A DNA stretch of 64,000 nt from an uncultured Oceaniradius sp. (GCA_964606055.1 CAZSFA010000001.1:7867-71866); one strand, 5' to 3'; positions 29,787 through 40,304 are shown, counted from the first letter of the stretch. Notes: a model not told the origin generated them from the letters alone. Made by a program: numbers and translations.

Positions 29787-31094
29787 ATGAGCAACGGGCA
29801 GGCCATGTGGCACCGTGCGCGCAAGCGCATTGCCGGCGGGAACATGCTGTTGTCCAAGCGGCCCGACATGTTCCTGCCCGATCGTTGGCCGACCTATTTC
29901 GCGCGCGCAAGGGGCTGCCGTGTCTGGGACCTCGACGGTCGCGAACTGATCGATATGGCGACGATGAGCGTTGGCACCAACACGCTCGGCTACGGTCATC
30001 CCGAGGTCGATGCCGCCGCCCGCGCAGCCATCGACGAGGGCACGATGAGCACGCTCAACGCCCCCGAGGAGGTCGAACTGGCCGAGCGGCTGGTGGCCAT
30101 GCACCCTTGGGCCGAGATGGCGCGCTTTGCGCGCACGGGCGGCGAGGCCAACGCCGTTGCCATTCGCATCGCGCGTGCTGCAAGCGGGCGCGATGGCGTT
30201 GCGATTTGCGGCTATCACGGCTGGCATGACTGGTACCTGGCGACCAATCTGGGCGGTACAGAACAGCTTGACGATCACCTTCTGCCCGGCCTCGATCCCA
30301 AAGGCGTGCCTTCGGCGCTGGCCGCGACCGTCTTTCCCTTCGACTACAACGACGCCGACACACTGGACGCACTGGTCCGCGAGCATCCGATTGGCGTGAT
30401 CAAGATGGAGGTGCAACGCAACGCACCGCCAGCGCCCGGCTTTCTCGAACGCGTCCGCGCCATCGCCGATGCCAATGGCTGCGTGCTGATCTTTGACGAA
30501 TGCACCTCCGGCTTCCGGCAGACCTTTGGCGGGCTGCATCTGTTGCACGATGTGCGGCCGGACATGGCCGTTTTCGGCAAGGCACTCGGCAATGGCTATG
30601 CAATCACCGCTGTCCTGGGCAACCGGGCGGTGATGGAGGCCGGCCAGGGCAGCTTCATCAGTTCGACATTCTGGACAGAGCGGATCGGCCCGGCGGCAGC
30701 GCTCGCAACACTCGACGTGATGGAGAGGGAACGCTCCTGGGAGCGCATCACCGAAACCGGAAACCGGATCAAAGCGCGCTGGCAGGCGCTGGCCGAAGCG
30801 AACGGCGTCGCCCTGACAACAAGCGGACTGCCGGCGCTGGCCGGCCTCACCTTCGATGGCCCCGACGCGTTGGCGCTCAAGACGCTGGTCACGCAGGAAA
30901 TGCTGAAGGCCGACTTCCTTGCAACCAATGCCGTCTATGTCAGCACCGCCCATGACGATTCGGTGGTCGACGCCTACTTCGATGCGCTCGATCCGGTGTT
31001 CGCGATGATCGGCGACTGTCAGTCGGGACGCAGCGACGTCGCGGACCTTTTGGACGGACCGGTGTGCAGCTCCGGCTTTGCGCGGCTGAACTGA
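29787..31094 (+). CDS. Class III aminotransferase (GSA-aminomutase-like)
   Basis: LGYGHP, RTGGEA, YHGW, FDECTSGFR, FGKALGNG. Confidence 0.88.
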   Translation: MSNGQAMWHRARKRIAGGNMLLSKRPDMFLPDRWPTYFARARGCRVWDLDGRELIDMATMSVGTNTLGYGHPEVDAAARAAIDEGTMSTLNAPEEVELAERLVAMHPWAEMARFARTGGEANAVAIRIARAASGRDGVAICGYHGWHDWYLATNLGGTEQLDDHLLPGLDPKGVPSALAATVFPFDYNDADTLDALVREHPIGVIKMEVQRNAPPAPGFLERVRAIADANGCVLIFDECTSGFRQTFGGLHLLHDVRPDMAVFGKALGNGYAITAVLGNRAVMEAGQGSFISSTFWTERIGPAAALATLDVMERERSWERITETGNRIKARWQALAEANGVALTTSGLPALAGLTFDGPDALALKTLVTQEMLKADFLATNAVYVSTAHDDSVVDAYFDALDPVFAMIGDCQSGRSDVADLLDGPVCSSGFARLN

Positions 31095-31103
31095 GAGGGC
31101 GTC

Positions 31104-32015
31104 ATGTCGCGACAAGTCTACATTTCCGGGACGCTGTATCCTGAAGCGGACGCCAAGATCTCCGTCTTCGACAGCGCCATCATGCTCGCGGATACGGTTA
31201 CGGAATCGACACGAACCTTTCGGCACAAACCTTTCAAGCTCAATGAGCATATCGAGCGGCTCTATCGGTCGCTGAAGCTGACGCGCATCGATCCGGGCAT
31301 GGATGAAGCTGCAATGCTCAGGACGACGCTCGACGTGTACCAGGCCAATCTGGGCACCTATGCCGACGGTGACGATTGCTGGATCGTGCACAACATCTCG
31401 CGGGGTCTGGCGATCGCCGGCGCCGATCCGACCGTTCAGGTGGGACAGCCTACGGTGATGATCTTCACACAGTTCATGGACCTGAAACCATGGGCCCGCT
31501 TCTACCAGGAAGGCTGCCATGGCGTGACGCCGGTCAGCCGCATGGTGCCGTCGCAATCGCTCGATCCCCGGATCAAGAACCGAAGCCGCCTCGCCTACAC
31601 CATGGCCGAGATGGAAGCCAAGCGCGTCGATCCGGACGCCCAAAGCGTCATTTTGGACATTGATGGCAACGTTGCCGAAAACAAGGGCGGCAATGTCTTC
31701 TGCGTCTCAAACGGCGTGCTCAAGACGCCGACGACGGTCAACTGTCTGGCAGGCATCAGCCGCGCCACCGTGCTGGAACTTGCTGAAAGACTTGGCATTC
31801 CGGCCCAGGAAACCGTGTTGCAGCCCTATGATCTGGCAACCGCTGACGAGATGTTCTTCACCTCCACCCCCTACTGCATCATGCCGGCGACGCGCTTCAA
31901 TGGCTACATCGTCGGCGACGGCACGGTCGGGCCGGTGACCCAAAGCCTTCTCACCGCTTGGAGCGAGATGGTGGGCATGGACATCGTTGCCCAGGCGCTC
32001 AACCAGATCCAGTGA
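31104..32015 (+). CDS. Class IV aminotransferase (BCAT/D-amino acid aminotransferase-like)
   Basis: HIERL, IKNRSR, ENKGGNVF, LAGISR, ADEMFFTST. Confidence 0.88.
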   Translation: MSRQVYISGTLYPEADAKISVFDSAIMLADTVTESTRTFRHKPFKLNEHIERLYRSLKLTRIDPGMDEAAMLRTTLDVYQANLGTYADGDDCWIVHNISRGLAIAGADPTVQVGQPTVMIFTQFMDLKPWARFYQEGCHGVTPVSRMVPSQSLDPRIKNRSRLAYTMAEMEAKRVDPDAQSVILDIDGNVAENKGGNVFCVSNGVLKTPTTVNCLAGISRATVLELAERLGIPAQETVLQPYDLATADEMFFTSTPYCIMPATRFNGYIVGDGTVGPVTQSLLTAWSEMVGMDIVAQALNQIQ

Positions 32016-32064
32016 TCTGCAGGCACCGCCAGCTCCAAGCATCGACAGCAAACAGTCGGCGGGA

Positions 32065-32874
32065 TCATGCGAACGGGTGCGCGCTCCGGCGAAACGCGCC
32101 GGGCGTCATGCCACGCGAGCGGCGAAAGGCAGCCGCGAGGGTCTCCGCATGGCCATAGCCGACCTGGCTTGCGATCTCGGCCAACGAGTAGCCGGTTGTC
32201 GACAGCAAGGCCTCGGCACGCGTCAGCCGCAACTCACGCAGGTATGAGCCCGCCGAACCACGCCCGTGGCGCCGATGCAGTGCGCGCAGCGTGCTCTCAC
32301 GAACGCCGATGAGCGCGGCCACGTCCGCCAGGCCCCGCATGGCGTGGAGGTCGCGCGCTGCCGCCTCCCAGGCCGCGGCCAATCGCGCGTCATCGCGTGC
32401 CATCGCCGTCGGAAGTGCCGGCGACGCGGCAGCTACAAAACCATCGATGATGACCCGAAGCAGCCGGCTGCGCCGCGCCAACGCATCCGGCGCGTGTTCG
32501 GCAAGGTTCATCGCAACACGGACGAGATTATGCAGGTTGTGGCGCTCGCCCGGCGACGGCACCATATGGCCTGGCCCCTCAGGCAGACCGTCGATCGGCG
32601 CCTTCAGCTCGAAATGGCACACCGAGGCGGAGGCGAAAGCCCCGCACGCCGCTCCGAAAAACGCCGTACCGGGCAAGATCAAAACGCCATTGGGCGCCCC
32701 GAGCGTAAGGATCTGTCCCCCGCCGCCAAACCGCAACTCAACCGAGCCGGAATGAATCCAGAGTAGATCAAAAAACGGCCAACGGACAGGCCCGATCGGG
32801 TAGCGCCGATCGAACCGTCCATAGGCATGGCGGCCGGGCACGATGGTCGGCCCACTGTCGTCATTCATCGCCAA
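32065..32874 (-). CDS. AraC family transcriptional regulator
   Basis: C-terminal SLAEIASQVGYGH..AAAFRRSRGMTPGAFR. Confidence 0.87.
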   Translation of the reverse strand: MAMNDDSGPTIVPGRHAYGRFDRRYPIGPVRWPFFDLLWIHSGSVELRFGGGGQILTLGAPNGVLILPGTAFFGAACGAFASASVCHFELKAPIDGLPEGPGHMVPSPGERHNLHNLVRVAMNLAEHAPDALARRSRLLRVIIDGFVAAASPALPTAMARDDARLAAAWEAAARDLHAMRGLADVAALIGVRESTLRALHRRHGRGSAGSYLRELRLTRAEALLSTTGYSLAEIASQVGYGHAETLAAAFRRSRGMTPGAFRRSAHPFA

Positions 32875-32987
32875 GGCAAGACGATAGTGAAGGTGATCAT
32901 CGGTTTTCCTCGTTTGACGTCGATCTTGCCAAACGACAACCGTGCGTGTCCATGATCAAATCGCTCTCAAACGAGAGGAGCCCCGCA

Positions 32988-33761
32988 ATGCCAATGGCCG
33001 AGATCGACACGAACCGGTTCAGCGCCAGCTTCAACCGCGACGGCTATGCCGCAGTCACGCCGTTGTTTGATGCCGAACGCATGGCTGAAATCAACCACGA
33101 GCTCGACCGGTTCATCGCCGAGGTCGTACCGACCATGCCGCGCGAGGAGGTCTATCTTGAGCAACGCGGCGATGCGGGCACGCTCAAGCAGTTGCAGAAG
33201 CTGAATGTCTACGACGACTACTTTCGTCAGATGTGCGAGAGCGACACCATTCGCGATCTCGCCGAGGCCGCGCTGGGCGAACAAGCGATCGTCCAGAACC
33301 TGCAGTACTTCAACAAACCCGCCGGGATCGGCCAGCCGACACCGCCCCACCAGGACGGCTACTACTTCCACCTGTCGCCCTGCAAGGCGGTGACCGGCTG
33401 GCTGGCGCTGGAGCCCGTCGATCACGAGAACGGCTGCATCCATTACGTGCGCGGATCGCACGTTGAGCCCGGTTTCCGCCCGCACGGTCGGTCCAATGTG
33501 CTCGGCTTCTCGCAGGGTATCACCGATTTCGGCACCGATGACGACAAGGCCAACACCGTGGCCTGTCCGGGCGATGCCGGCACGTTCCTGCTGCATGACG
33601 CCAAAATCATCCATTGGGCCGGCGCCAACACCTCGCCCACGCGGTCGCGCCGGGCGCTCGGCTTTGTCTATTTCGGTCAGAGCGCCAAAATCGATGAGGA
33701 CGCCAAGGCGGCCTACAAGGCGAAACTGGAGGCCGATCTCAAGGCCGCCGAGAAGATCTGA
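32988..33761 (+). CDS. Phytanoyl-CoA dioxygenase (PhyH) family Fe(II)/2-oxoglutarate dioxygenase
   Basis: TPPHQD, ENGC, GSH, HWAGANTS..SRR; GAGGAG RBS. Confidence 0.88.
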   Translation: MPMAEIDTNRFSASFNRDGYAAVTPLFDAERMAEINHELDRFIAEVVPTMPREEVYLEQRGDAGTLKQLQKLNVYDDYFRQMCESDTIRDLAEAALGEQAIVQNLQYFNKPAGIGQPTPPHQDGYYFHLSPCKAVTGWLALEPVDHENGCIHYVRGSHVEPGFRPHGRSNVLGFSQGITDFGTDDDKANTVACPGDAGTFLLHDAKIIHWAGANTSPTRSRRALGFVYFGQSAKIDEDAKAAYKAKLEADLKAAEKI

Positions 33762-33770
33762 GGCTCATCA

Positions 33771-34691
33771 ATGGCATGGCGACCGCACGGCATTTGGGGC
33801 ACGGTTCTGCTGCCCATCAAGGACGGTGCGATAGACTTCGGCGCTCTGGCCGAAACCGTCGACATCCTGTGCGAGAGCCCGCTTGCAGGCATCTATACCA
33901 ATGGCACGGCCTGCGAGTTCCACAATCAGACCGAGGCCGAGTTCGACGCGATCACCGAGATGGTCGCCGCAAGGGCAAGCGCGGCCGGCATGCCGTTTCA
34001 GATCGGCGTGAACGACACCAACCCGCGCCGTGCACGCGAGCGGCTGGCCCGCATTCGTGACCTTGGACCGCGCGGCGTTCAGATCATCCTGCCGGACTGG
34101 TGGGCGCCATCGCCGGACGAGCAGAAACGTTTCGTTGCGGGCATGCAAAAGGCCGCGGGCGACCTGCCGCTGATCCTCTACCAGCCGCCACACGCCAAGG
34201 CTCTCCTGTCGCTGGCCGAAATCGCCGCGTTGCGGACGGAGGCGCCGGGGCTGGTCGGGATCAAGTGCCTTGGCGGAGATGAGGATTGGTACGCCGAGCG
34301 TCGCCGCCTCCTGCCCGGCTTCTCGGTCTTTGTCGGGGGCGGTTCGGTTGCCTTCGGAAGACCCTTGGGCGCTGACGGGTCCTATTCGAACCTTGCGTGC
34401 CTCACCCCGCACGGCGCCGCACGCCATTGGGGCATGATCGAGACAGATCCGGACCTGGCGCGCGACATCGAGGCACGTTTCACGGGCTTTCTGAAGACCG
34501 TTCTGCTGCCGCTTTCCGGCGGCCAACGTCGCCTGTCGAACTCGGCGCTGGACAAGCTCATGGCCGCGGCCGGCGGCTGGGGTCCGATCGGCCCCGATCT
34601 GCTCTGGCCTTACATCGGAGCGGACACGGACACAGTGACCGCAGTCGCGCGAGCGGCGCGTGCGGCGCTGCCGGAGTTCTTCGAAGGCTAA
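33771..34691 (+). CDS. DHDPS family protein (divergent)
   Basis: GIWGTVLLP, YTNGTACEF, LYQPP, GIK. Confidence 0.8.
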   Translation: MAWRPHGIWGTVLLPIKDGAIDFGALAETVDILCESPLAGIYTNGTACEFHNQTEAEFDAITEMVAARASAAGMPFQIGVNDTNPRRARERLARIRDLGPRGVQIILPDWWAPSPDEQKRFVAGMQKAAGDLPLILYQPPHAKALLSLAEIAALRTEAPGLVGIKCLGGDEDWYAERRRLLPGFSVFVGGGSVAFGRPLGADGSYSNLACLTPHGAARHWGMIETDPDLARDIEARFTGFLKTVLLPLSGGQRRLSNSALDKLMAAAGGWGPIGPDLLWPYIGADTDTVTAVARAARAALPEFFEG

Positions 34692-36211
34692 CGGCTGGCC
34701 GGAACAGCGCCCGTGCGGATACGGCGGTCGAAAGGCCGCCAGTCGTCGACCGGATCGAGCGGATACACGGGCCTCGGAATGCGTTTCCATGGCAACGCAT
34801 GAACGTCGGACTGGCCCGGGCCTGGCGTATCGGCGCGGATCACCTGCGCCGTTAGCGGAGCGAAGAACTGGAAGTTCGACGCGGTCTTGAGAACTGCGAT
34901 TTTGTAGTTCTCCGGCGCGACACCGAACGCACGGTAGACATCGGGCAAGTTGCCGGCGACACCGCGCTTCTCGCTGACCAACAGCGTCACGGGACCGACA
35001 TCGAATACAACCACCCGGCCCATGTCGATATGCGACTGGTGATGGAAGGCGACCGGCACCCGACTGCCGTCGGCAACGCTGCGAACCTTGCCTGTCACCT
35101 CGAGCGGCGCAAAGAACGCGGGCGCGGATTCGCCGCCAAGCGGAAGCGTCACCTCGGCGCCCTCGCCGGCCTCGGCAAGCCGCGCCACGGCATCAACCGA
35201 GATCAGCGGGATCAAGGTCGGGCTCGCGAAGCCCTGCCTCAGGATTGATTCCAGAATGATGTTGCTGTCGCCTGCGGCGCCGCCAAACACCGTGTCACCG
35301 GTATCGCTGAGCACGATCATGCCGTCTTCCGCCCGGTCGGCCATGCGCACCGCATCGTCAACCGAAATCGCTTCGCGGTCCTGAAATGCGTCGCGCATCG
35401 ACCAGGCGAGATCAGCCAGTTCGTCAGCCAGCTCCTCGGCAAGGTCAGGTTCGTCATCGGTGACGACGATGGTCGACCACCCGCCCTCATCCACATCCAG
35501 CCAGGGTTGCATCGGGTAATTTGACGCTTGCAGCACACGCGGGTCGGCCTCCATCGCCCGCGCACGATCGAACCATGTCTTCATCGGACCCTTTGACGTC
35601 AGGAACTGCTCCTGATGCGACAGGAGCGGGATCTTGCGCCAAACCATGACCGGCCGCGCGCCTTCCGCAACGATCCGAAACAGCAACTCACCGCCGACAC
35701 GCCCGGTATCGTGCAGATCATGCGGCTGCGTGCGGTGGCCGACAATCGCATCGCAGTTGGCGACCATCCGATTGGTGATGTTGGCGTGGTGGTCGATCGC
35801 TGCCACGATCGGCACATCCGGCCCCAGCACCGACCGGCACAACGCGGCCTGCGCGCCCTCCACATCGTCCAGATGCTCCGCCGCGCAAGCACCATGCACC
35901 TGAAGCGCAAGGCCATCGATCGGGCCGGCGGCCTCAAGGCCTTGGCGGATGCGGTCGGCGAAGAAATCGAAAGCTTCGCGCGTGATCCGTCCCCCAGCCA
36001 CCGCAAATGCACTGACGATCGCAACCGTTTCGACGTCATGCCCGCACCGGTCGACGGCATCGAGATAGCCGGCAACCATGCTGCCATGGATCGCCTTGGC
36101 GAGCATCGCTTCTCCGCTGTCGATGCCGAAGGCGCGATAGTCGTCGAGCGTCGTGAGCACCGGATTGAAGTCGTTGGTCTCCTGGGCAATGTGGATCAGC
36201 GCGATGCGCAC
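34688..36211 (-). CDS. M81 (MlrC-like) metallopeptidase/amidohydrolase
   Basis: QETNDF, VHGA, DHHAN, HRTQPH, DTVFGG; GTG start after GGAGG. Confidence 0.88.
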   Translation of the reverse strand: MRIALIHIAQETNDFNPVLTTLDDYRAFGIDSGEAMLAKAIHGSMVAGYLDAVDRCGHDVETVAIVSAFAVAGGRITREAFDFFADRIRQGLEAAGPIDGLALQVHGACAAEHLDDVEGAQAALCRSVLGPDVPIVAAIDHHANITNRMVANCDAIVGHRTQPHDLHDTGRVGGELLFRIVAEGARPVMVWRKIPLLSHQEQFLTSKGPMKTWFDRARAMEADPRVLQASNYPMQPWLDVDEGGWSTIVVTDDEPDLAEELADELADLAWSMRDAFQDREAISVDDAVRMADRAEDGMIVLSDTGDTVFGGAAGDSNIILESILRQGFASPTLIPLISVDAVARLAEAGEGAEVTLPLGGESAPAFFAPLEVTGKVRSVADGSRVPVAFHHQSHIDMGRVVVFDVGPVTLLVSEKRGVAGNLPDVYRAFGVAPENYKIAVLKTASNFQFFAPLTAQVIRADTPGPGQSDVHALPWKRIPRPVYPLDPVDDWRPFDRRIRTGAVPASR

Positions 36212-36337
36212 GGTCGGTTTCCTCCAATGGGCGACGATGACGGGTTCGGCAGGCCCGTCCTCGGGCACGAAGCTGGCTGTTCATGCCTGCCGCGCCATGC
36301 GCCCGAAGACGGCAAAGTGAAATCCAGATTGATCATC

Positions 36338-36354
36338 ATTCAGCAGTATTGAAT
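36338..36354. promoter_or_regulatory. TTCA-N7-TGAA palindrome (putative IclR operator)
   Basis: ATTCA-GCAGTAT-TGAAT; second copy at 36477-36491. Confidence 0.5.
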
Positions 36355-36465
36355 AGGATCAGCGGCACCACACAAGCAAACCCAGTCAATTAGCCCTTGT
36401 CAAGCTGGCCTTGAGGTGCCTTAGTGCGCTGACGACTGTCATTTCGACCGAGATCATCTCCGACA

Positions 36466-37293
36466 ATGAACCATGGTTCATTATTATTGAATGGAACTGG
36501 AGCATTGGAAGCCAGGATTCAATCGATCGGCCGGGCCGCCGCGTTGCTCCACGCGATGAGCGACGGCGAGTGGGTCGCGTTTTCCGATCTCGCGGCACGT
36601 CTCGGCATCGCCAAGACCACGACCAGCAATCTCGTCGGCGCGCTGGTTGATGTCGGCATGGTCGAGCATGATGCCCGGCGTGGCGCTTATCGACTTGGAT
36701 TGCCACTGCTTGCGTACGGCAAGGCGGTGGAGCGGCGTCTCGACGTCGCCGCCGTGCTGCGGCCGCATCTGATCGCGCTGAGCGCTGCCACGCGGGAAAC
36801 GGTCAACCTGGCGCTGCCGTGCCCGACCGACGCGCTCATTGTCGAAAGCCTTGAAGGCAGCCGCTCGCTGCGGGTTTCGTCCTATTCGGGCACCCGGGCC
36901 AGCTATCATTCCACTGCGTGCGGGCGCGCGTTGCTCGCCTGGCAGGATCCCGCGTTTCGTCAGGCGATTTTCGCGATCGGCCCGCTCAGGGCGGTGACGC
37001 AGCAGACGGTGACCGACACCGCAACGCTTGAGGCGCAGCTTGCCGAAGGCCGCGAGCGCGGCTGGTTCACCGAATGCGAAGAAAACGAAGCCGGCAGTGC
37101 CTGTGTCGCGGTTCCGGTGTTCGGGCCGGACGGCAGCGTCCTTGCTGCGGTCAGCATCGCTGGCCCGGTGACCCGCTTTGATGGCGACATCGAGCGTCGC
37201 CACGCCGCACTTCTCATGGAAAGGCTGCACCGGACCGATCTGTTCGGCGCGCCTGACCAACCTGACCAAGCGGCAAGGAAAGCCGTGGCATGA
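36466..37293 (+). CDS. IclR family transcriptional regulator
   Basis: IQSIGRA, LGIAKTT, YRLG, TRETVNL, HSTACGRALL, AVSIAGP; true start may be slightly downstream. Confidence 0.92.
   Translation: MNHGSLLLNGTGALEARIQSIGRAAALLHAMSDGEWVAFSDLAARLGIAKTTTSNLVGALVDVGMVEHDARRGAYRLGLPLLAYGKAVERRLDVAAVLRPHLIALSAATRETVNLALPCPTDALIVESLEGSRSLRVSSYSGTRASYHSTACGRALLAWQDPAFRQAIFAIGPLRAVTQQTVTDTATLEAQLAEGRERGWFTECEENEAGSACVAVPVFGPDGSVLAAVSIAGPVTRFDGDIERRHAALLMERLHRTDLFGAPDQPDQAARKAVA
36477..36491. promoter_or_regulatory. TTCA-N7-TGAA palindrome (putative IclR autoregulatory site)
   Basis: TTCA-TTATTAT-TGAA. Confidence 0.45.
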
Positions 37294-38708
37294 CTGATCG
37301 CCGCCCGGCGCAAGCCGCCGATCGTGCCGAAACCATCACGACAAGGGAAGAAACGCCGATGCAACCCCAACAAGAACTCGCCCCACGCAGCGCGGCGGAC
37401 CAGGCCAGCCACGGGTTCGACCGATCCGCGCAGGCGATTGAGGACAACAAGGCGTTCATGCCCGGCGGGGTCAGCAGCAATTTCCGACTTGGCATGGCGC
37501 CGACGCCGCTGGTGATCGAAAGCGGCGAAGGCCCCTACCTCACCGACGTCGATGGCAACCGTCTGATCGACTACTATCTCGGCATGGGGCCGATGATCCT
37601 TGGCCATCGCCCGAAACCGGTCATCGATGCGGTCACCGCCCAGCTTGAGCGCGGCATTCTCTTTGCGGGGCAGACCCGGATCGAGGCACGCGCGGCACAA
37701 CTGGTCTGCGAGAAGGTGCCCTGCGCCGAACGGATGCGCTTCAACACGTCGGGTTCGGAGGCCATACAGGGCGCCCTGAGGCTCGCGCGAGCCGCCACCG
37801 GGCGGCGCACCGTTCTCAAGTTCGAGGGGCATTACCACGGTTGGTTCGACAACGTGCTGTGGTCGGTCGCACCCGGCCCGGACGCGGCCGGCGACGCGCA
37901 AGCTCCTGACCTTGTACCCGGCAGCAAAGGCCAGCTCGACAGCTCCGCAGACGGTCTGGCGGTGCTTGGCTGGAACGATTTGGAAGCCGTCAAGGCACGC
38001 CTTGCCCAGGGCGACGTCGCCGCAGTCATCATGGAACCGTCCATGTGCAACGCCGGCGCGATCCATCCCGAAGACGGCTATCTGGAAGGCGTGCGCGAAG
38101 CCTGCACCGAGACCGGCACGATCCTGATCTTCGATGAGGTGATCACCGGGTTCCGTCTGGCGCCGGGCGGCGCTCAGGAACGGCTCGGCGTCACACCCGA
38201 TCTCGCCACCTTCGGCAAGGCGATCGCCAACGGGTTTCCGGTCGCGGCGCTCGCCGGCCGGGCCGACCTTATGGACCTGTGCACCCAGGGTGTCCTGCAC
38301 GGCGGCACCTACAACTCCCAGCCGGTGGCGATGGCCGCCACCGCCGCCACGCTTGAAGCGCTCACGCCCGAACTGTTCGCCACGATCGAGACCGAGGGCG
38401 GCGTTCTGATGGACGGATTGCGGGATCTGTTTGCGTCCGAGGGCGTCATGGCGACCGTCACGGGCTTTCCGCAGATTTTCCACGTCGGCTTCGGCCTTGA
38501 TGCGCCGGCGCGCAACTATCGCGACCTGACGCGGATGAACAAGACAGCATATCGCGCGTTCTGCGCTGCCATGCTGACGCGCGGCGTACGCTTGCTCGAG
38601 CGGGGCGCCTGGTTCCTGTCGAGTACGCACGGCCCCGACGTCATCGAGCAAACGCTCGGCGCAGCCAGCGATTCGGTGCGCGCGCTCAAGCGCGACGGCG
38701 TTCTGTGA
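37290..38708 (+). CDS. Class III aminotransferase (glutamate-1-semialdehyde aminomutase-like)
   Basis: PGGVSS, GPMILGH, SGSEA, FEGHYHG, FDEVITGFR, FGKAIANG, GGTYN. Confidence 0.88.
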   Translation: MTDRRPAQAADRAETITTREETPMQPQQELAPRSAADQASHGFDRSAQAIEDNKAFMPGGVSSNFRLGMAPTPLVIESGEGPYLTDVDGNRLIDYYLGMGPMILGHRPKPVIDAVTAQLERGILFAGQTRIEARAAQLVCEKVPCAERMRFNTSGSEAIQGALRLARAATGRRTVLKFEGHYHGWFDNVLWSVAPGPDAAGDAQAPDLVPGSKGQLDSSADGLAVLGWNDLEAVKARLAQGDVAAVIMEPSMCNAGAIHPEDGYLEGVREACTETGTILIFDEVITGFRLAPGGAQERLGVTPDLATFGKAIANGFPVAALAGRADLMDLCTQGVLHGGTYNSQPVAMAATAATLEALTPELFATIETEGGVLMDGLRDLFASEGVMATVTGFPQIFHVGFGLDAPARNYRDLTRMNKTAYRAFCAAMLTRGVRLLERGAWFLSSTHGPDVIEQTLGAASDSVRALKRDGVL

Positions 38709-38753
38709 TCCCCGATTGTTCACGGTCATATCTAGTTACGGAGGAACTGACCC

Positions 38754-40304
38754 ATGCACCATGAAACCAAACGCAAGCTCTGCCGCGGATCGACGGCGCT
38801 GGTCGCCGCGGCGATCGCGCTCGCAGGCACATTTCATGCGTCGCCCGCCAGCGCCGAGGTGGCGGACTCGCCGCGCGCGGAAGCCAACGCCGTCATCCTG
38901 GCGGCCCGGCAGGATCCCGGCACGCTCGACTACGTCAAGAGCAACCTGACCGCTCTGCGTCTTTGGGTGCCCGGCAATGTGATGGAACCGCTGGTCTACT
39001 TCAACGGAGACGGCTCGGTGTCTCCCGGCGTTGCCGAAGCATGGGAGATCAGTGAAGACCGGACGACGTACACATTCACCATCCGGGAAGGCAACTTCTC
39101 CGACGGCTCGCCGATCACCGCCGAAGACGTCATCTACTCGCTGGAAACGATGAGCGAGAGCCCGGTCGTTTCAAACGCTGCCGCACACGACGCGGTGGCC
39201 GCGATCGACAAGCTCGACGATCGCACCGTGCAGGTTCAGCTTTCGCGCCCGAGCCAGAACTTCTGGCGCGGCATGGGTGACGTGGCTGGTCTCATTCAGC
39301 CGCAGGCGGCGGCCGACCAGATCGCCACAAACCCGATCGGTTCTGGCCCGTACCGGATCGTCGAATATGTTTCCAACAGCCACATCGAGTTCGAGGCAAA
39401 CCCGGAATACTGGGGCGAGCAGCCGGAAATCACGAGCGTGACGGTTCGGATCATCACCGATGGTACGGCCAAACTGAACGCGATCGAAGCTGGTGAAATC
39501 GACTCTTCGCCCGTCAACACCGTCGACCTGTGGGAACAGATCGTCAATCGCGGTTTGGACGAGAACTACACGCTGGTCACCTTCCCGCAGGCGGGCGAGC
39601 CGACCTATGCCGTGGTCAACACCAACGTCGATCCGGAGATCCGGAAGACGATTGCCATGACGCTCGATCGTCAGGCGTTCAATGATGCGTTCGGCGCACC
39701 CTGGGGCGTCGAGAACACCTGCACGTTCGGCCTGCCGCACTATCCCTGGTACCAGGCGGAGAGCGAAGACACCTGCCCCCACCCCTACGACATGGAAGGC
39801 GCGATGGCCCGCATCGCGGAAAACGGCTGGGGCGACCTCTCGCTCGAGTATGCCTCGCTCAGCGACGTGCCCGACCTGTCCCTGCCCGCTGATCTGATGA
39901 TCCCGCTGATGCAGGCGGCGGGCTTCACGGTCGATCGCAACGCGATGGACCTTGCGCGCTACTCGCAGTTGATCTTCCAGGGGCGTCCGCCACAGTTCGA
40001 CGTCACGATCATGGCCGGCCCCGGCGAGCCCACGCAATGGGCCTGCTCGGACCCCGAAAAGGCAGGCTGGAGCACCTATTGCAGCGCCGCCTACACCGAC
40101 GCGCTGGCCGCCGCCGACCAGGCGCTGAACCAGGAGGACTACGTCAAGCACATGATGGAGGCCTCCGCCGTCCTGCGCGACGATGCGATCATCATTCCGA
40201 TCATCGCGAAAGCCGGCGTCGGCCTCTACCACCCGGATCTGGTGGGCTTCATCGAGCCTCGGGTCGGCGTCGCGATCGAGTTCGCGCCGATGTCCTGGCA
40301 GTGA
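38754..40304 (+). CDS. ABC transporter family-5 substrate-binding protein (canonical domain order)
   Basis: Signal peptide; GVAEAWEISED..FSDGSPITAEDV, PIGSGPY, then EIRKTIAMTLDR. Confidence 0.9.
   Translation: MHHETKRKLCRGSTALVAAAIALAGTFHASPASAEVADSPRAEANAVILAARQDPGTLDYVKSNLTALRLWVPGNVMEPLVYFNGDGSVSPGVAEAWEISEDRTTYTFTIREGNFSDGSPITAEDVIYSLETMSESPVVSNAAAHDAVAAIDKLDDRTVQVQLSRPSQNFWRGMGDVAGLIQPQAAADQIATNPIGSGPYRIVEYVSNSHIEFEANPEYWGEQPEITSVTVRIITDGTAKLNAIEAGEIDSSPVNTVDLWEQIVNRGLDENYTLVTFPQAGEPTYAVVNTNVDPEIRKTIAMTLDRQAFNDAFGAPWGVENTCTFGLPHYPWYQAESEDTCPHPYDMEGAMARIAENGWGDLSLEYASLSDVPDLSLPADLMIPLMQAAGFTVDRNAMDLARYSQLIFQGRPPQFDVTIMAGPGEPTQWACSDPEKAGWSTYCSAAYTDALAAADQALNQEDYVKHMMEASAVLRDDAIIIPIIAKAGVGLYHPDLVGFIEPRVGVAIEFAPMSWQ

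Noticed and set aside
29760-31643. Long antisense ORFs (e.g. 29760..31643, 36960..38729, 59437..61068)
   Set aside because: Shadow ORFs expected in high-GC DNA opposite well-supported genes; no recognisable motifs.
37290-38708. hemL for tetrapyrrole synthesis
   Set aside because: It lies in an IclR/ABC catabolic operon with no hem genes, so the symbol was not assigned.
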